From positions 42,780,001-42,844,000 of the forward strand of contig OX597823.1 in assembly GCA_951406725.2 (NCBI GenBank): a DNA stretch of 64,000 bases. Direction: 5' to 3'. A program made the translations under genes and the position numbers. The notes under the pieces are model-generated. The model saw only the letters and a list, made by a program, of their open reading frames with translations. It was not told the DNA's origin and searched no databases. The DNA comes from Octopus vulgaris. Taxonomy: Eukaryota. Shown here one piece after another: positions 26,401-38,917 of the stretch (position 1 is its first letter; every line of letters starts with the position of its first letter).

Positions 26401-27559
26401 TAAAATTTTACGAAAATACGAAAAGACAGAAGGTGATTAAATTCTCCTCACTACAAGTAGTACTAGAAGTACTGCATGACATATCGGGTGAAAAAGGTGT
26501 GACACTATTTGAATGCACTTTTAAAAATGAAAGCGTAATCAAAATACAGATGGAAACTGTTAGACACACTTTTGACGATTCATTTGTGCTCCCCTACATG
26601 AGTCAAAAGACAAAAGTAACACAAGAAAAGAAACTGAACACGATGATGATCCATAGCTAGTTGTGATTTATAGGTTGCAGTATGGGGGAATGACTAAAAC
26701 AGGCTTATGGTTACCTGTGATCCCTGGATATCAAAATGGACTTCCAAGTTTTAATCACCCGCGAAGATCACAATTTGATAATAGAATTATGTTCCGTAGA
26801 AAACGCCACGATTAAGAGCATAAGATTGAAGATACAGTGTAGAGTGCTTAGTTTATATATTTTCCTGAGTAAAACACAACTTTGATCTTAAATTTTTCGA
26901 TACCAAATTTCTCAAAAAAAAAAAAATTAATGTTTAATGATGTTTGATCGGATGGTAAACCAGATATGGAGCATTTTGATCTGGATAAACAGAAGCACAA
27001 CGTAATTGTAGAAACGGAAGTGTTTATAATTCTTTATATTGTAGGCACAAAACCTGAAACTTTAGGGAAAGGGAGCAAGTTTCCTGTATTCAACCGGTAC
27101 TTATTGTATAATGCTCACAGTTTTGATAAAGTCTTCAATATCTAATTTACATTCGTGTGGCTATAATTACAGCATTCACTGCATGAATACAGAAAACAGA
27201 AACACGAACCGACCAATCACTAGAATGGAAATAGTATTGCACAAAATAGACGGTTAGAGACTCCCAATTCTACAGACCAATAATCGAATAACCAGAATTA
27301 TAAAACATATTTTTTAGAAATTATTTAAGACGATATACAAGTGACAAATATCTTTGAGATTGTTAAAACCATTTTTAGGGTCGATACAGTCCTATAAAAC
27401 ATCGATACCCACACCTATCGTCGTCAGATTGTAATGACTTAGATATGCATGTATAATAGTCTTGAGTCTTCCGACTCATCAAGTCTATTACTCGGTTTTT
27501 ATGGCATATAAGTGACTGTGATCACAAAATTCTTCTGCCAGTTAAGCACAGCATTACTC

Positions 27560-27695
27560 ATTTTACAGTTGATTTAACTGGAGCTATGTGAATTGATGAG
27601 TTTTGCTCAAGATCACAAACCACTGCTCGATCCAGGAATCGAAACCGCGTTCTTACGATCGTGAATGTAACACTCTAACCACTAACTTACTGGGC
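27560..27695 (-). mobile_element. SINE family C fragment
   Basis: AACTGGAGC..TTTTGCTCAAGA..GGAATCGAAACC..CTCTAACCACTAA. Confidence 0.7.
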
Positions 27696-27899
27696 TTTAT
27701 CTCTTAAACTAAAAGAATGAACGAAAATTGGGCCAAGGCTAATGCAAAAAGCAACAAATTCAATAATATTGAAATTTATGAGACTGAGCGTTGAAATATT
27801 TTTTTAAAATATTAGACACATCATTACAAGAAGTTCAAAATTGATAACATTGATAAGCTACAACTGACAAGAAATGACGGAGAAAATTAGAAAATCCTA

Positions 27900-28560
27900 A
27901 CAGAGAGGAGTCAAAATAATATAGAGAAAACGAACTCAATGTTAGAGACAGACTGTAAGTGTAAATAGTGATCCCTATCTTAAACTAATAATTCATTAAA
28001 CTAGGTGAACTGATGGCAAAGTGAACTGAACAGCCTAGATAAGAAAATCAGAAAAATACATATTGCATACCGAATACCCCCAATTGTAAAGCTGATTTGA
28101 TAAAATATAGCAACCATTCTCACAGAGATGTAGCACATAGATAAGAGGAGACATCTGTTAGAATGGAATAAGTAATGAAGCAAAGATAAAGACTGATAAT
28201 ATAAAAGCATGAAAAAAGCTATTTTCTCTTTCGGTATGAGGAAATGATAATATATAAATTAATGAAAAGTTTCTATGAAGAACAAAATAGAAGTCTAGAT
28301 AAGGATAAAGTAAGAAATGAAGGTTACAAGAAGCAAATAAAGAAATCTAAGCAGAATTTGAAAAACTGCTCAAGACAAAATAATGAGATAAACTTTTCTT
28401 CATAGTCTGAACCCTGCAAGAATAGAGATTAGAAAGATTTGGAGAGGAAGAAGAGAGAGACAATATGTATTCAGCAGTGATTTAAATACTCTGGAATAAA
28501 GGTTGGGATTTAAAAGGCTGATGTGGTTTGTATGAGATTAATGTCAAACCAAAAATTCAA
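27900..28560 (+). mobile_element. Highly decayed R4/Dong-like LINE fragment
   Basis: W.SELNSLDKKIRKI..PNCKADL resembles the W...EL..LDRKTRK..HPKAD motif downstream of the RT. Confidence 0.4.
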
Positions 28561-28599
28561 AATATACTTACGCTTTCAAATTATCGCTCAAGACTATCA

Positions 28600-28760
28600 A
28601 TATTAGGGGTCGAAGTAAGTCGGTTGCATGGACCCCAGTGTTCAGCTTGTACTTATTTCATCGATCATGAAAAGATGAAACGCAAAATTTGAACTTAGAA
28701 CGTAGAGACGGACGAAATGTTGCAAAGTATTTTGTCCTGCATGCTGACCGTTCTCCCGAA
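28600..28760 (-). mobile_element. SINE family A, decayed
   Basis: GACCCCAGTG..GTACTTATTT..ATCGA..AAAGATGAAA..TTTGAACTTAGAACGT. Confidence 0.7.
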
Positions 28761-29949
28761 AATAAATCAAATGAAATTTTATGTTACCCGACGCTACCGT
28801 TTCTACTCTTACTAATATAGAAACTAACTCCGTAAGCTAACACAGTTTGTTCAATTCCCTTCGGCACAATCGAGGAATACTGTGGGTATTAGTCAAACAG
28901 TTGAAAATGCTTGAGCAAGTATGGAAGATTTTAAAACTTTTCACCTGTTGACTAATCTCATACGATTGCAGAACGATCCAAAGATACTTCTCCAGTCATC
29001 TATCGGTACTAATGAACCGGATATTTCCAAAATAACACTGACAATTCTCTTGATTCGGGCCATCCGAAAGATAAGCGAACCTCCTAATTGTTGAGAAGGT
29101 GCATGAGTAGGTGCTTTCCAGAAATCCTACTCTCACTGATAGCTAACACATTTAAATTTCATGCCTTGGCATGGACATTTATACAATAGATTGCAAGTAG
29201 GTACAATTTGGGTGAGTGATAAATGGAACAAGTAACTAACTTTAAATTCATACTGGTGTGATTATCCTAACTTCGAGCCTGCTCATACAGTTTTGTATAA
29301 ACCACTAATAATCTGAAATCCTTCACCTCATGGAGAATTTCAACAGGAAATATTTATAAGTTCCTTGTAGCTTTTTTCACAGCTAACCTTTACAAAATCG
29401 CGTAGTGTTGGCATTTCCAATTACATACGTTGCAAAACTGGTTATTGCTGACGCTTAGCTTATTACTGATCCTCCTTGTTTTGATCGCAATTGAGGATGA
29501 CTGATTTTTAGTTTATTTTTTGCGTGTCACTGATCTTTGGCCGTTTTCTTTCTTTTCCTTTCACAATCAAGATTTACGATGATTCTGTGTCACCTTCTCT
29601 TAATCAGAGGAATGAAACAAGTCGGAGGAGAACGAAAACAGAGAGGTTAACTTGTGTTTGTATCTGCATGCATGTAATTTGCGTTTGTGTTTATACTGGT
29701 GTTGTTTTAGGGAGCAAAACCATTTGCTGTACTACTCGACGACGAAAATCTTCGCTATGCATCTATTGAGGTTAATGTTACTGTTGGTGGTAGTGCAGCA
29801 GCTGCTGTTGGTAGGGATGGCATTTAGGTTGTTCGGTAACTGCAGTGACCATAGTAACGCAAGCCTCTCCTTTCTTGGTTCTTGTTGTTGGCGGAAGGCT
29901 CTTCAGGTTATTTGTTTCAAATTTTCTCAGAAGGCTGTCAAAATGAAGG

Positions 29950-30115
29950 TGTCGGGGATAGTCGATAAAACTGAGCCCAGTACTTGAGAGATAACTTATT
30001 TTATTGGTCGCGAAAGAATGAAAGGCAATGTTGATCTCCGTGGCATCTGAGCTCAGAACGAACAATTAATGCAAGACAATTCATCCGACGCTCTAACGAT
30101 TCAACCAATCTACTA
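29950..30115 (-). mobile_element. SINE family A, decayed
   Basis: CCCAGTAC..ACTTATTTTATT..GAAAGAATGAAAGGCAA..CTCAGAACG. Confidence 0.65.
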
Positions 30116-30123
30116 CCCTTATG

Positions 30124-30197
<74 letters not shown>

Positions 30198-30299
30198 TTA
30201 CTACTACTATTACTATTACTACTACTATTACTACTACTAATACTAATACTACTACTACTAACACAACCACCACCACCACTACTACTACAAATAATAAAG

Positions 30300-30366
<67 letters not shown>

Positions 30367-30380
30367 TAATAATAATAATT
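30124..30380. repeat. (TAC)n-(TAA)n microsatellite
   Basis: Direct reading. Confidence 0.95.
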
Positions 30381-30899
30381 GTCATGATGCAATACCAGGC
30401 ACTGGCTCTCACAGCTTTTGATCTAAATTCATTGGAAGGTTTATTATGTACATATTTTGTCTTGGTATAAAAGATGGGCTACAGTAAATATTCTGCTAAG
30501 TGCCACAAATTTGCTTCTCAGTTGTTTGACTTTAACGAGTTGAGCATATCCCCTACTGGCTGATGATAAGTGCTTCTCTGATCACAGGCAGGAGTAGAGT
30601 GGAAACATCATAGTCATGTGTTAAGAGGAATTCTTTGGGGCTTGAATAATTCACATCTGGAAATATAGGTGTTCCGTTCAACATCCTTAAACAAAACTTA
30701 TTCAGGGACCTTTTGAGTGGTATGGGCTACTCGACCTGAAGGAAATTCTGAACGGGCTCCACCTGCAAGGTCATGAGTTGTTCATCTTGATATGAAATCA
30801 CCATGTCGCGCACGTATGTTTGTGATGCATGTGCCTGGTGTGCCCTTATCAGACGGGTAGTCATGATGGATATATTGGGTTTCGTATATTTGTACCCCA
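30381..30899 (+). mobile_element. Copy 2 of the ~555-bp TAA-associated element (3' end truncated)
   Basis: Reverse-complement homologue of ~907-1430. Starts immediately after (TAA)n at the same boundary as copy 1. Confidence 0.8.
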
Positions 30900-31513
30900 T
30901 AATAGAATCAGCCAAAAGAGAAAGAACGATGGACTGATAACCATATGATTTACACACACTACTATGAAGTACACCTCCAAAAAACATACAGAAATAAACT
31001 CATACGGTAAATACCCAACAAAATTAACAATGCGCTATATGGTGATTTCATATCCGATAGAAGAACACAACCTGCGCTGCACAAACAATACACAATACAA
31101 AAACTAATACCACAGAAGGCTCAAATCAAACGCCATAACAAAACATACTGATATAATACAATATCCACCCCACCAAAATCAAATGCAGCACACACCACCC
31201 TACAAGCACAAAGGTGCAACAAATGATGTAATAGAAAGTTGCTTGAAACTATCAGATGTCGAAAGATGATGAGAAAAGGATGTCAGGAACATCTAGATAA
31301 TATCCTAGGAGAACTATGTCTCAGAAAAAACAAACCTTAGAAAAATCCTATCAATTTAAATGTATGTGCAGTATTATATGAAGATATTTCACTACTGCTA
31401 TCTGCCACTTCCCCTCCCCAAGCTTTCAGTCATACTGTAACATCTCTCATCCTTCACCCGCCGAGTGTGTCTTGGTGAGTGACTGTAACAAACATGCAGA
31501 TTAAAAGTAAATA

Positions 31514-31545
<32 letters not shown>
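30900..31545 (+). mobile_element. Decayed R4/Dong-like C-terminus, 3' UTR and (TAA)n tail
   Basis: Traces HN.., ..DI.. and terminal LRKILSI* (compare ILHKILSM* at 2290). (TAA)n at ~31508-31545. Confidence 0.45.
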
Positions 31546-32243
31546 CAATTATCAAAGATTATAACGTGCAGAAAAGGACACCGTGAGACCTCTATCAAAA
31601 GGCTGCTGTCCGACCTCACAGAATAAACCGGAGCAAACTCTGAGAAGTAAAACAATAATAATAATTAATAAAATTATGTGTAAGCCTAAAGCTTCAGAAA
31701 AATCAAGATCAAGTAATGTGAAGTTACGACGTCCATGGCTGATAGAAAGTAGTGAGAAGCCGTAAATGAAAAGGAATTTGTTTTCTTGAATTGTTTTTCA
31801 GGAAATTTAAGTAGCTTAAGATTCACAACCACACTATCACACTAAGCAAAAAGAAAAACTAATAAAAATGAAATTCAACAATGACAAGTATAATAATATA
31901 TTTTATGATGTGTATATTGCCTTAACTGCTATGGTCTTTCATGATCCGAGATAGAAAGGATAAAAAAAGGAACAGTCTATGACCCATAGCAAGCAATCAA
32001 CTTAATGAGTATGTTTTTGTTTGCTTTCCCTATTAAAGTCTTCACTGACACCACTACTTCGTAGACACCAGCACCTTCTCTTTGCACGTCTCTTTCCACT
32101 GGTAATGTAAATAACCTTTCTAACGCTTCGACATTAAATCTTAGAAACTTCCGACGTGTTATTGTCTTATTTTCCACTCGTCTCCTTGTTCCATATGGCG
32201 ATCAATGAGATACAATCTCTCTGAGTAAAGGTGCATTAGAAAC

Positions 32244-32440
<197 letters not shown>

Positions 32441-33060
32441 AAGAGTTATCAAATAAATTTACAGAAAGAAAAAGGATGAGTGTACGTGAGAAAGTGAATT
32501 TGACTTTGAAAAAGGTGTCTTTGAAATTAATGTCTAATTCGATTCGTCTCTGCTAATAATTCGATAGAAAATTATCTTCTTTATGGTTTGGAAATGGATC
32601 TTTTGACGCAAACACACCGGAACAAAGCAAATTAAGCAACAATAGATTCCAAGAAAATGGTAACAATATAACAGTAGCAAGGAGAAGATGAACAACAACA
32701 GCAATAAGAAGAACGACAAAACGACGACGACGATGTCTATGATTAAGATAACAATTATAAAAACCAACAGCAACAGCAACAGCAACATCAACATCAATAA
32801 TGATAATATTTTCCCTATTAGACACACAACCTCGTGAACTTAAAACATACGAACGTTTTATTAGGGGTTAGTAAGAACGAAAAGACAATGTGAAATCAGA
32901 AATGTGCCATCACGTTTACAAATATAAAGGGAGAAGCGAGAGACGTTATACAACGTAAGAAAGGATGTAATATGAATTTTAAAGGTACATACACACGCAT
33001 ATACACAAGGATACACACATACGTACATATATATATACATATATATATAGATATATACAA

Positions 33061-33109
<49 letters not shown>

Positions 33110-33126
33110 CATATAGATATATACAA

Positions 33127-33194
<68 letters not shown>

Positions 33195-33420
33195 AAAGGG
33201 CTTAGTAAAATAAATTACATATTAATATATAAATAAATAATATATATATATATATATATAATATATATATTTTGCCGCATACTGAACTCATTAGAAATAG
33301 CAGCCAAAAAAAACCTTTTTTAAAAACTATTTCCAATACTTAAAGAAAATCTCTCTCAAATAGTGCTTGTTCAATTCAACTCACGAAAGTATGAAGGTAG
33401 AAACATTAAAAAATCAAATG

Positions 33421-33494
33421 CAAAGGTTATTTGAGAACGTACGTTTCAAGATTAGTCAAACTCGACACTTCTATCATCAGCTCAGAACTCCCTG
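33421..33494 (-). ncRNA. Type I hammerhead ribozyme (left-arm copy)
   Basis: Reverse complement of the 34451-34524 motif. Confidence 0.85.
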
Positions 33495-34450
33495 GTTTGG
33501 ATTTGAAAACACTGAAAGCAGGAGCATACCTATTCGGTTTCCCATCGTCTCCGAAGATCTACTCGCAACTAACAGTGCCAACGAATTCAAATATGCAAGC
33601 GAAGAATTTCTGCTCTCCCCCTTCCACCAGCGTGGGTTAAAATCAACAAACAACATGCTTTTTTTCGGTAAAATCCGAGGCATTAAATAGAGAAAGATGA
33701 ATTATAATTTCAACAATTGAGGGTAAAATTAATTAATTAATCAATTTCACCAAGTGTTCAGTATGCAAAGGGACCACTTAAGGCGAATTCAAATTATTAC
33801 ATTATATAAAAGGGCTTAGTAAAATAAATTACTTTGCCGCATACTGAACTCATTAGAAATAGCAGCCAAAAAAAACTTTTTTTAAAAACTATTTCCAATA
33901 CTTAAAGAAAATCTCTCTCAAATAGTGCTTGTTCAATTCAACTCACGAAAGTATGAGGGTAGAAACATTAAAAAATCAAATGCAAAGGTTATTTGAGAAC
34001 GTACGTTTCAAGATTAGTCAAACTCGACACTTCTATCATCAATAGTTTTTAAAATAATTTTTAAAAAAGTTTTTTTTGGCTGCTATTTCTAATGAGTTCA
34101 GTATGCGGCAAAGTAATTTATTTTACTAAGCCCTTTTATATAATGTAATAATTTGAATTCGCCTTAAATGGTCCCTTTGCATACTGAACACTTGGTGAAA
34201 TTGATTAATTAATTAATTTTACCCTCAATTGTTGAAATTATAATTCATCTTTCTCTATTTAATGCCTCGGATTTTACCGAAAAAAAGCATGTTGTTTGTT
34301 GATTTTAACCCACGCTGGTGGAAGGGGGAGAGCAGAAATTCTTCGCTTGCATATTTGAATTCGTTGGCACTGTTAGTTGCGAGTAGATCTTCGGAGACGA
34401 TGGGAAACCGAATAGGTATGCTCCTGCTTTCAGTGTTTTCAAATCCAAAC

Positions 34451-34524
34451 CAGGGAGTTCTGAGCTGATGATAGAAGTGTCGAGTTTGACTAATCTTGAA
34501 ACGTACGTTCTCAAATAACCTTTG
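34451..34524 (+). ncRNA. Type I hammerhead ribozyme (right-arm copy)
   Basis: Stem I TGAG(34461-64)/CTCA(34510-13), extended by CAGGGAGTT/AACCTTTG. Core CTGATGA 34465-71. Stem II AGA..GTC/GAC..TCT. GAAA 34498-501. Palindromic stem III AC-GTAC-GT. GUU triplet, predicted cut after 34509. Confidence 0.85.
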
Positions 34525-34915
34525 CATTTGATTTTTTAATGTTTCTACCCTCATACTTTCGTGAGTTGAATTGAACAAGCACTATTTGAGAGAGATTTTC
34601 TTTAAGTATTGGAAATAGTTTTTAAAAAAGGTTTTTTTGGCTGCTATTTCTAATGAGTTCAGTATGCGGCAAAGTAATTTATTTTACTAAGCCCTTTTAT
34701 ATAATGTAATAATTTGAATTCGCCTTAAATGGTCCCTTTGCATACTGAACACTTGGTGAAATTGATTAATTAATTAATTTTACCCTCAATTGTTGAAATT
34801 ATATATATATATATATATATACGTATATAGTAAAAGAGAGAGGTCATGCTTCTTTGTTCATATTCTGTCATTGGACTGACAGCGGAAAATTGTGTGTTTG
34901 TATATATATATATAC

Positions 34916-34973
<58 letters not shown>

Positions 34974-35059
34974 TGTATGTATATATGAAGATAAAGAGAG
35001 GGGTGAACAGTTAAAAAAACTCTTTGGTACGAAGAGGATGTAAGGCGATCGAGATAAAT

Positions 35060-36150
35060 GGTCTACGCTTAGGTCAGAGAAAAGATGTGTATGTTAAAAT
35101 GGGGAGAATGGTCAAAAGAAATATGTGAGAAAAGAAGAAAGAAAGGGAAGAGAAAGTGAAAAAGCAGTGTTAGTTGGTGGTAAAGATATTAACCACGCTG
35201 ATCTTAAGATAGACTTCATGCCCTTGTTTTATTTAATAGCGACCATTCAACATGCATGGAGTTTGTTTTTGTAACTACTCTTCTCCCCCTCTCTATATCT
35301 TTATATATATATATATACATATGAGTGTAAATATATATGTATATAGTAGGTAAGGCTAGTTAAACTCTCGGTTCGATATTAATGCGAGTGTGGAGTTTAA
35401 TGCGGATCTTGTATGAGCATGTGTATGTTAAATAAAATGAGACAACAAAGCCAAGGCTCTGTGTAATGTTTAGGAGATTTATCGAGAGAAATTTAGTATT
35501 ACAGCTGTTTCTCGGATATTAGGGAAATACCTTCATTAGAGATGGTGTGAGATGGTTAAATAGAGGGAAATAGTAGAGTCCAATATAAGGAGTTATTTTG
35601 GAAAAGTTTGAAAATAAAAAGTATAACGGGAAATAGGTGAATAAAAGTAAAAATAAGAATATTTGCAGGAAAGTGGTGTGTAAGAAAGTGGTGTGTAGAA
35701 ATGATAGAAATGTTTCTTGTCCATGGTATGTAAATTTTGATAGGAGTTCATATTCTGTCATTACAAATAGAAAGTGTGGAGACGTAGATTCCATGTGCTG
35801 TTCAATCAAAGGGGGACTTGTGGTGTGACTGAAATTTTGAGAATATAGCGGTAGTATTAAGTAGATAGAGAGGAGAGAAAAGATGTGTATGTTAAAATGA
35901 GAAGAATCGTCAAAGGGAATAGGTGAGGAAAGAAGAAAGAAAGAAAGAAAGAGGAAGAGAAAGTGAGAAGGGAGTGTTAGTTGGTGGTCAAGATGTTATG
36001 ACAGGGATGGGAAAGGAGTAGGGGAGGGATAGGAAGAGATAAGAGTTAAAGAATGAATATGTATGAGGAAAGAGAGATGGAGTGATATGTTTTAAAGAAC
36101 TAAGGTGGAGGGATAAGTACAGAAAATGGTACAGGGGGTTACTAAATTGA
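35060..36150 (-). mobile_element. Decayed PLE-type terminal region with a ~115-bp direct repeat and inactive hammerhead
   Basis: ~35077-35191 is repeated at ~35875-35998. Minus strand 35496-35545 reads CTAATGA..GAAACAGCTGTA (G5 mutated). Confidence 0.45.
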
Positions 36151-36569
36151 GTAGCAAAACTCAAAAGAAAGGGAAAAATAATAAGATATTGCTATGTATG
36201 GAGACTTTTGAATCACCCTACGCACACAAATAGATACACACGCACATATTTACAAAGGAATAATTAATTAATTAAAGGTATATTAAAATACAATAAAAGT
36301 ATATTGGAAGAATTTACAAAATGAAGGAGTAGTGGTTAGATTGAGCTAGGGCACTTCTCAAACCTATTCGGTTGATAATTTTAAAACTTTTCTCGCGTGT
36401 GACCAAACGCACCACTAAACTTGTTTTGAGACACTAAATGACACAAAACTCTCAAGGGTAACTTCTTTTTACTTTCGGTGTAATGTTTTCAGTTCATATA
36501 TTTGAGATGAGATATGAAGATATTTAACGTGTCAATCCCAGGACTTTGGCTGCTGGTGCTATAAACTGA

Positions 36570-38660
36570 GTTTTTTTTTTTTTTTTTGGTATTGTTCTTC
36601 CTTATTTTCATTTTCTTTGTTTTTGCTTAATGTTTTTCAATTTCAAGGCATTCAGTTTCAAGGTCTGTTTTACTCCGACAAATATAACAAAGCTTTCCAG
36701 CCCGTATCATCAATCGTATGCTCTTTGTCTTGGTGTATTCTGTACGGGTCAATTCTAGTATGACTCTGGATTTTGGAATGCCATTAGGAGACGCTAACTC
36801 CATTTTGACGCCTCTTTACAAAATGTTGCCATTCGTTAAGCTTGCTGTGTTCTCTCTCCCATGCTTCAACCTAAAACCCATAACTAACCATGTTGTGTTC
36901 AATGTCCCCAAGTGTGACTCTTGCATTAATTTGATCCCTGTACTGAGGCACAAATCTATAGATCGATGTATATCTGACAATTTCAGCTTGTTTTCGTTTG
37001 GTTCTCTATTTTAAAGACACGAGCATAACATTTGTGTTTTTTTAGTTGAAAGTACTTCTCCCGATACTTTTTACAGAACCTATTGTACTATTTGGCGTAT
37101 GTGTGTGTGATGGTGGGGATGGGGGGAATTTAATCAGTTTTCGTATCTTTATAAGCAGAAATATATAACTTTTCTCTTTGCTTTCTCTTCGATAACATCC
37201 TGTGGCAAAGAAATACTGTTCGATTTTACGAAATTCTTTCACGTATATTCTTTTTTCTAAAAATGTGAGATGAAATGTTTTATATGTTTATTTCGTTTTA
37301 TTGGAATTTCGCTTTCCCAAAACCCCTGTATGAACGGAACGCAGATTTTGAAATTGTTTAAGTGTTGCTACATCTTTTATTGCTGTTACAACTGTGGCTG
37401 TCTTCCAAATGACAAATTTCAGTATTTAGGACATTTTTCATCTATGTATTCTTTGGTAAATTGTTTATGTACTTTTACTGCTTCAACATTTAGATACTCA
37501 CTTGTCTGCTACAGTTTTGTATTTTTTTTTTGTTGGCCACTGAGCAACCTTCCAAGAGCAATGCAGGTAAGGTAATTCTGATGACAAGTAGATAACAATG
37601 TTCATCTGCGGAAGCGTAATGATGGTGATATGTTTAGTCTTGTAGCATGCTCTGTGTGGTAACCATTTTGGATGTGAAAATGTAATACGAGTAAATCAAT
37701 TTTCCTTTTAAATTTGTAAAAATTCCTTGTTGTCTACCTCTAAATTTTGAGAGAACCCCAACCTTTGACATGAACTCCGAGATAAAATTCATTTGATAAA
37801 GTTTGAATAGACAAGCAAATACAATGTCTTACTACGGGAGACAATAAGTAGAAGAATGGCAGTAGTAATGATTTCTGATTTAGGCTCGTGGCTACCAGTA
37901 TTTAGGATATAATGTAAATCGATACTATCCGCACGAATACTTGACGGGTACGTTATTTTATCGATCCAAACCGGATGAATGGCAAATTCCTCTTCAGCTG
38001 GATTTGAACTCAGAACATGGAGTTCGAGCTAATCTAATACCGCAAAGTATTTTGAACGACGTTGTAATGATTCTACCAGCTTACTGTCTGTTACTAGTCT
38101 TCGATTTAGACCTAAGTTCAACTTATGAGCGGCCGGCTCGTATACTATCTGTGCTTAGGCTTTCACGCTGTTCTTTCTTTTAAAAACGATACATAGTGCC
38201 ATATACCTTACTTGTCTCAACGAAGAATATTTCATTTCAGCTATCAACCAGAGTTGTCTTCAAATCTTGGTCGATTAGAATATGATAGGCTGTTGTGTGT
38301 TTGAAAAGACTACTAGAACTTACCTTTTATTCTCATGGACTTCTCTGAATGATTGTAGAAAACTGACTCCAGTTTGTTGTGCAAAAATGTTAGCAACTTT
38401 CCATCATCCATCAAAATATTTCATACGGAGGTTTTTCTCTTCAGAAGGACGAAAGCAGCCAAAGGCAATTTTTCACTGTTTGTATTCACGCCCTAAGCGA
38501 TGCGTGCTAGGATAGAGTTGTTGTTGTTTTTCATTGTTGTTGTCCACAAGATTTTTATTTGGCATAGTTAAAGGGCTGTGTTTTCTTTTAGCTGGTGTTT
38601 CAAATTCGTAATTTGCCTTGCAGTTAGATAGAATTCTGCTTTATACTTGGTTCGTAATTG
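36570..38660 (-). mobile_element. Fragmented L1/Tx1-like ORF1 remnants, interrupted by a SINE A (~37880-38085)
   Basis: GKLCYICRSKTDLETEC (decayed CCHC knuckle) near 36660-36700 and YGTMY.VF near 38190, similar to YGTISVHF of the Tx1 ORF1 at 16.3 kb. Poly-A at ~36571. Confidence 0.35.
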
Positions 38661-38882
38661 AAATAGCATTAAACTAAAATAGCCATCTATGCATCATAAT
38701 TAATGTAAACACACCTTTGACAGATTTAATGGTGTGATTTTTGCGGAGAGAAACCCTCTTCATAGACATATTGCGTTAAAATATCGGATGAAATGTCACC
38801 CGTTGAGAGACTTAGAAATGATAATGTTCACACACACACAAACACACAGACACACACAGACACACACAGACATACACACACA

Positions 38883-38917
<35 letters not shown>

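Larger units (their letters stand above)
33187..34804. mobile_element. Young 562-bp hammerhead-containing unit in two head-to-head partial tandem arrays (non-autonomous PLE / retrozyme-like)
   Basis: Left arm period 562 (TTTGCCGCAT at 33271 and 33833). Right arm 34042-34804 is the reverse complement, period ~561 (GGCTGCTATTTC at 34078 and 34639). Copies differ at only a few bases. Both outer ends lie in (TA)n. Confidence 0.9.

Noticed and set aside
33367-33690. 107-aa ORF duplicated at 34255-34578
   Set aside because: Starts at TTG, lies antisense to the ribozyme, has no recognisable motif, and its conservation merely reflects the very recent duplication. It would need dN/dS across diverged copies to be taken seriously.
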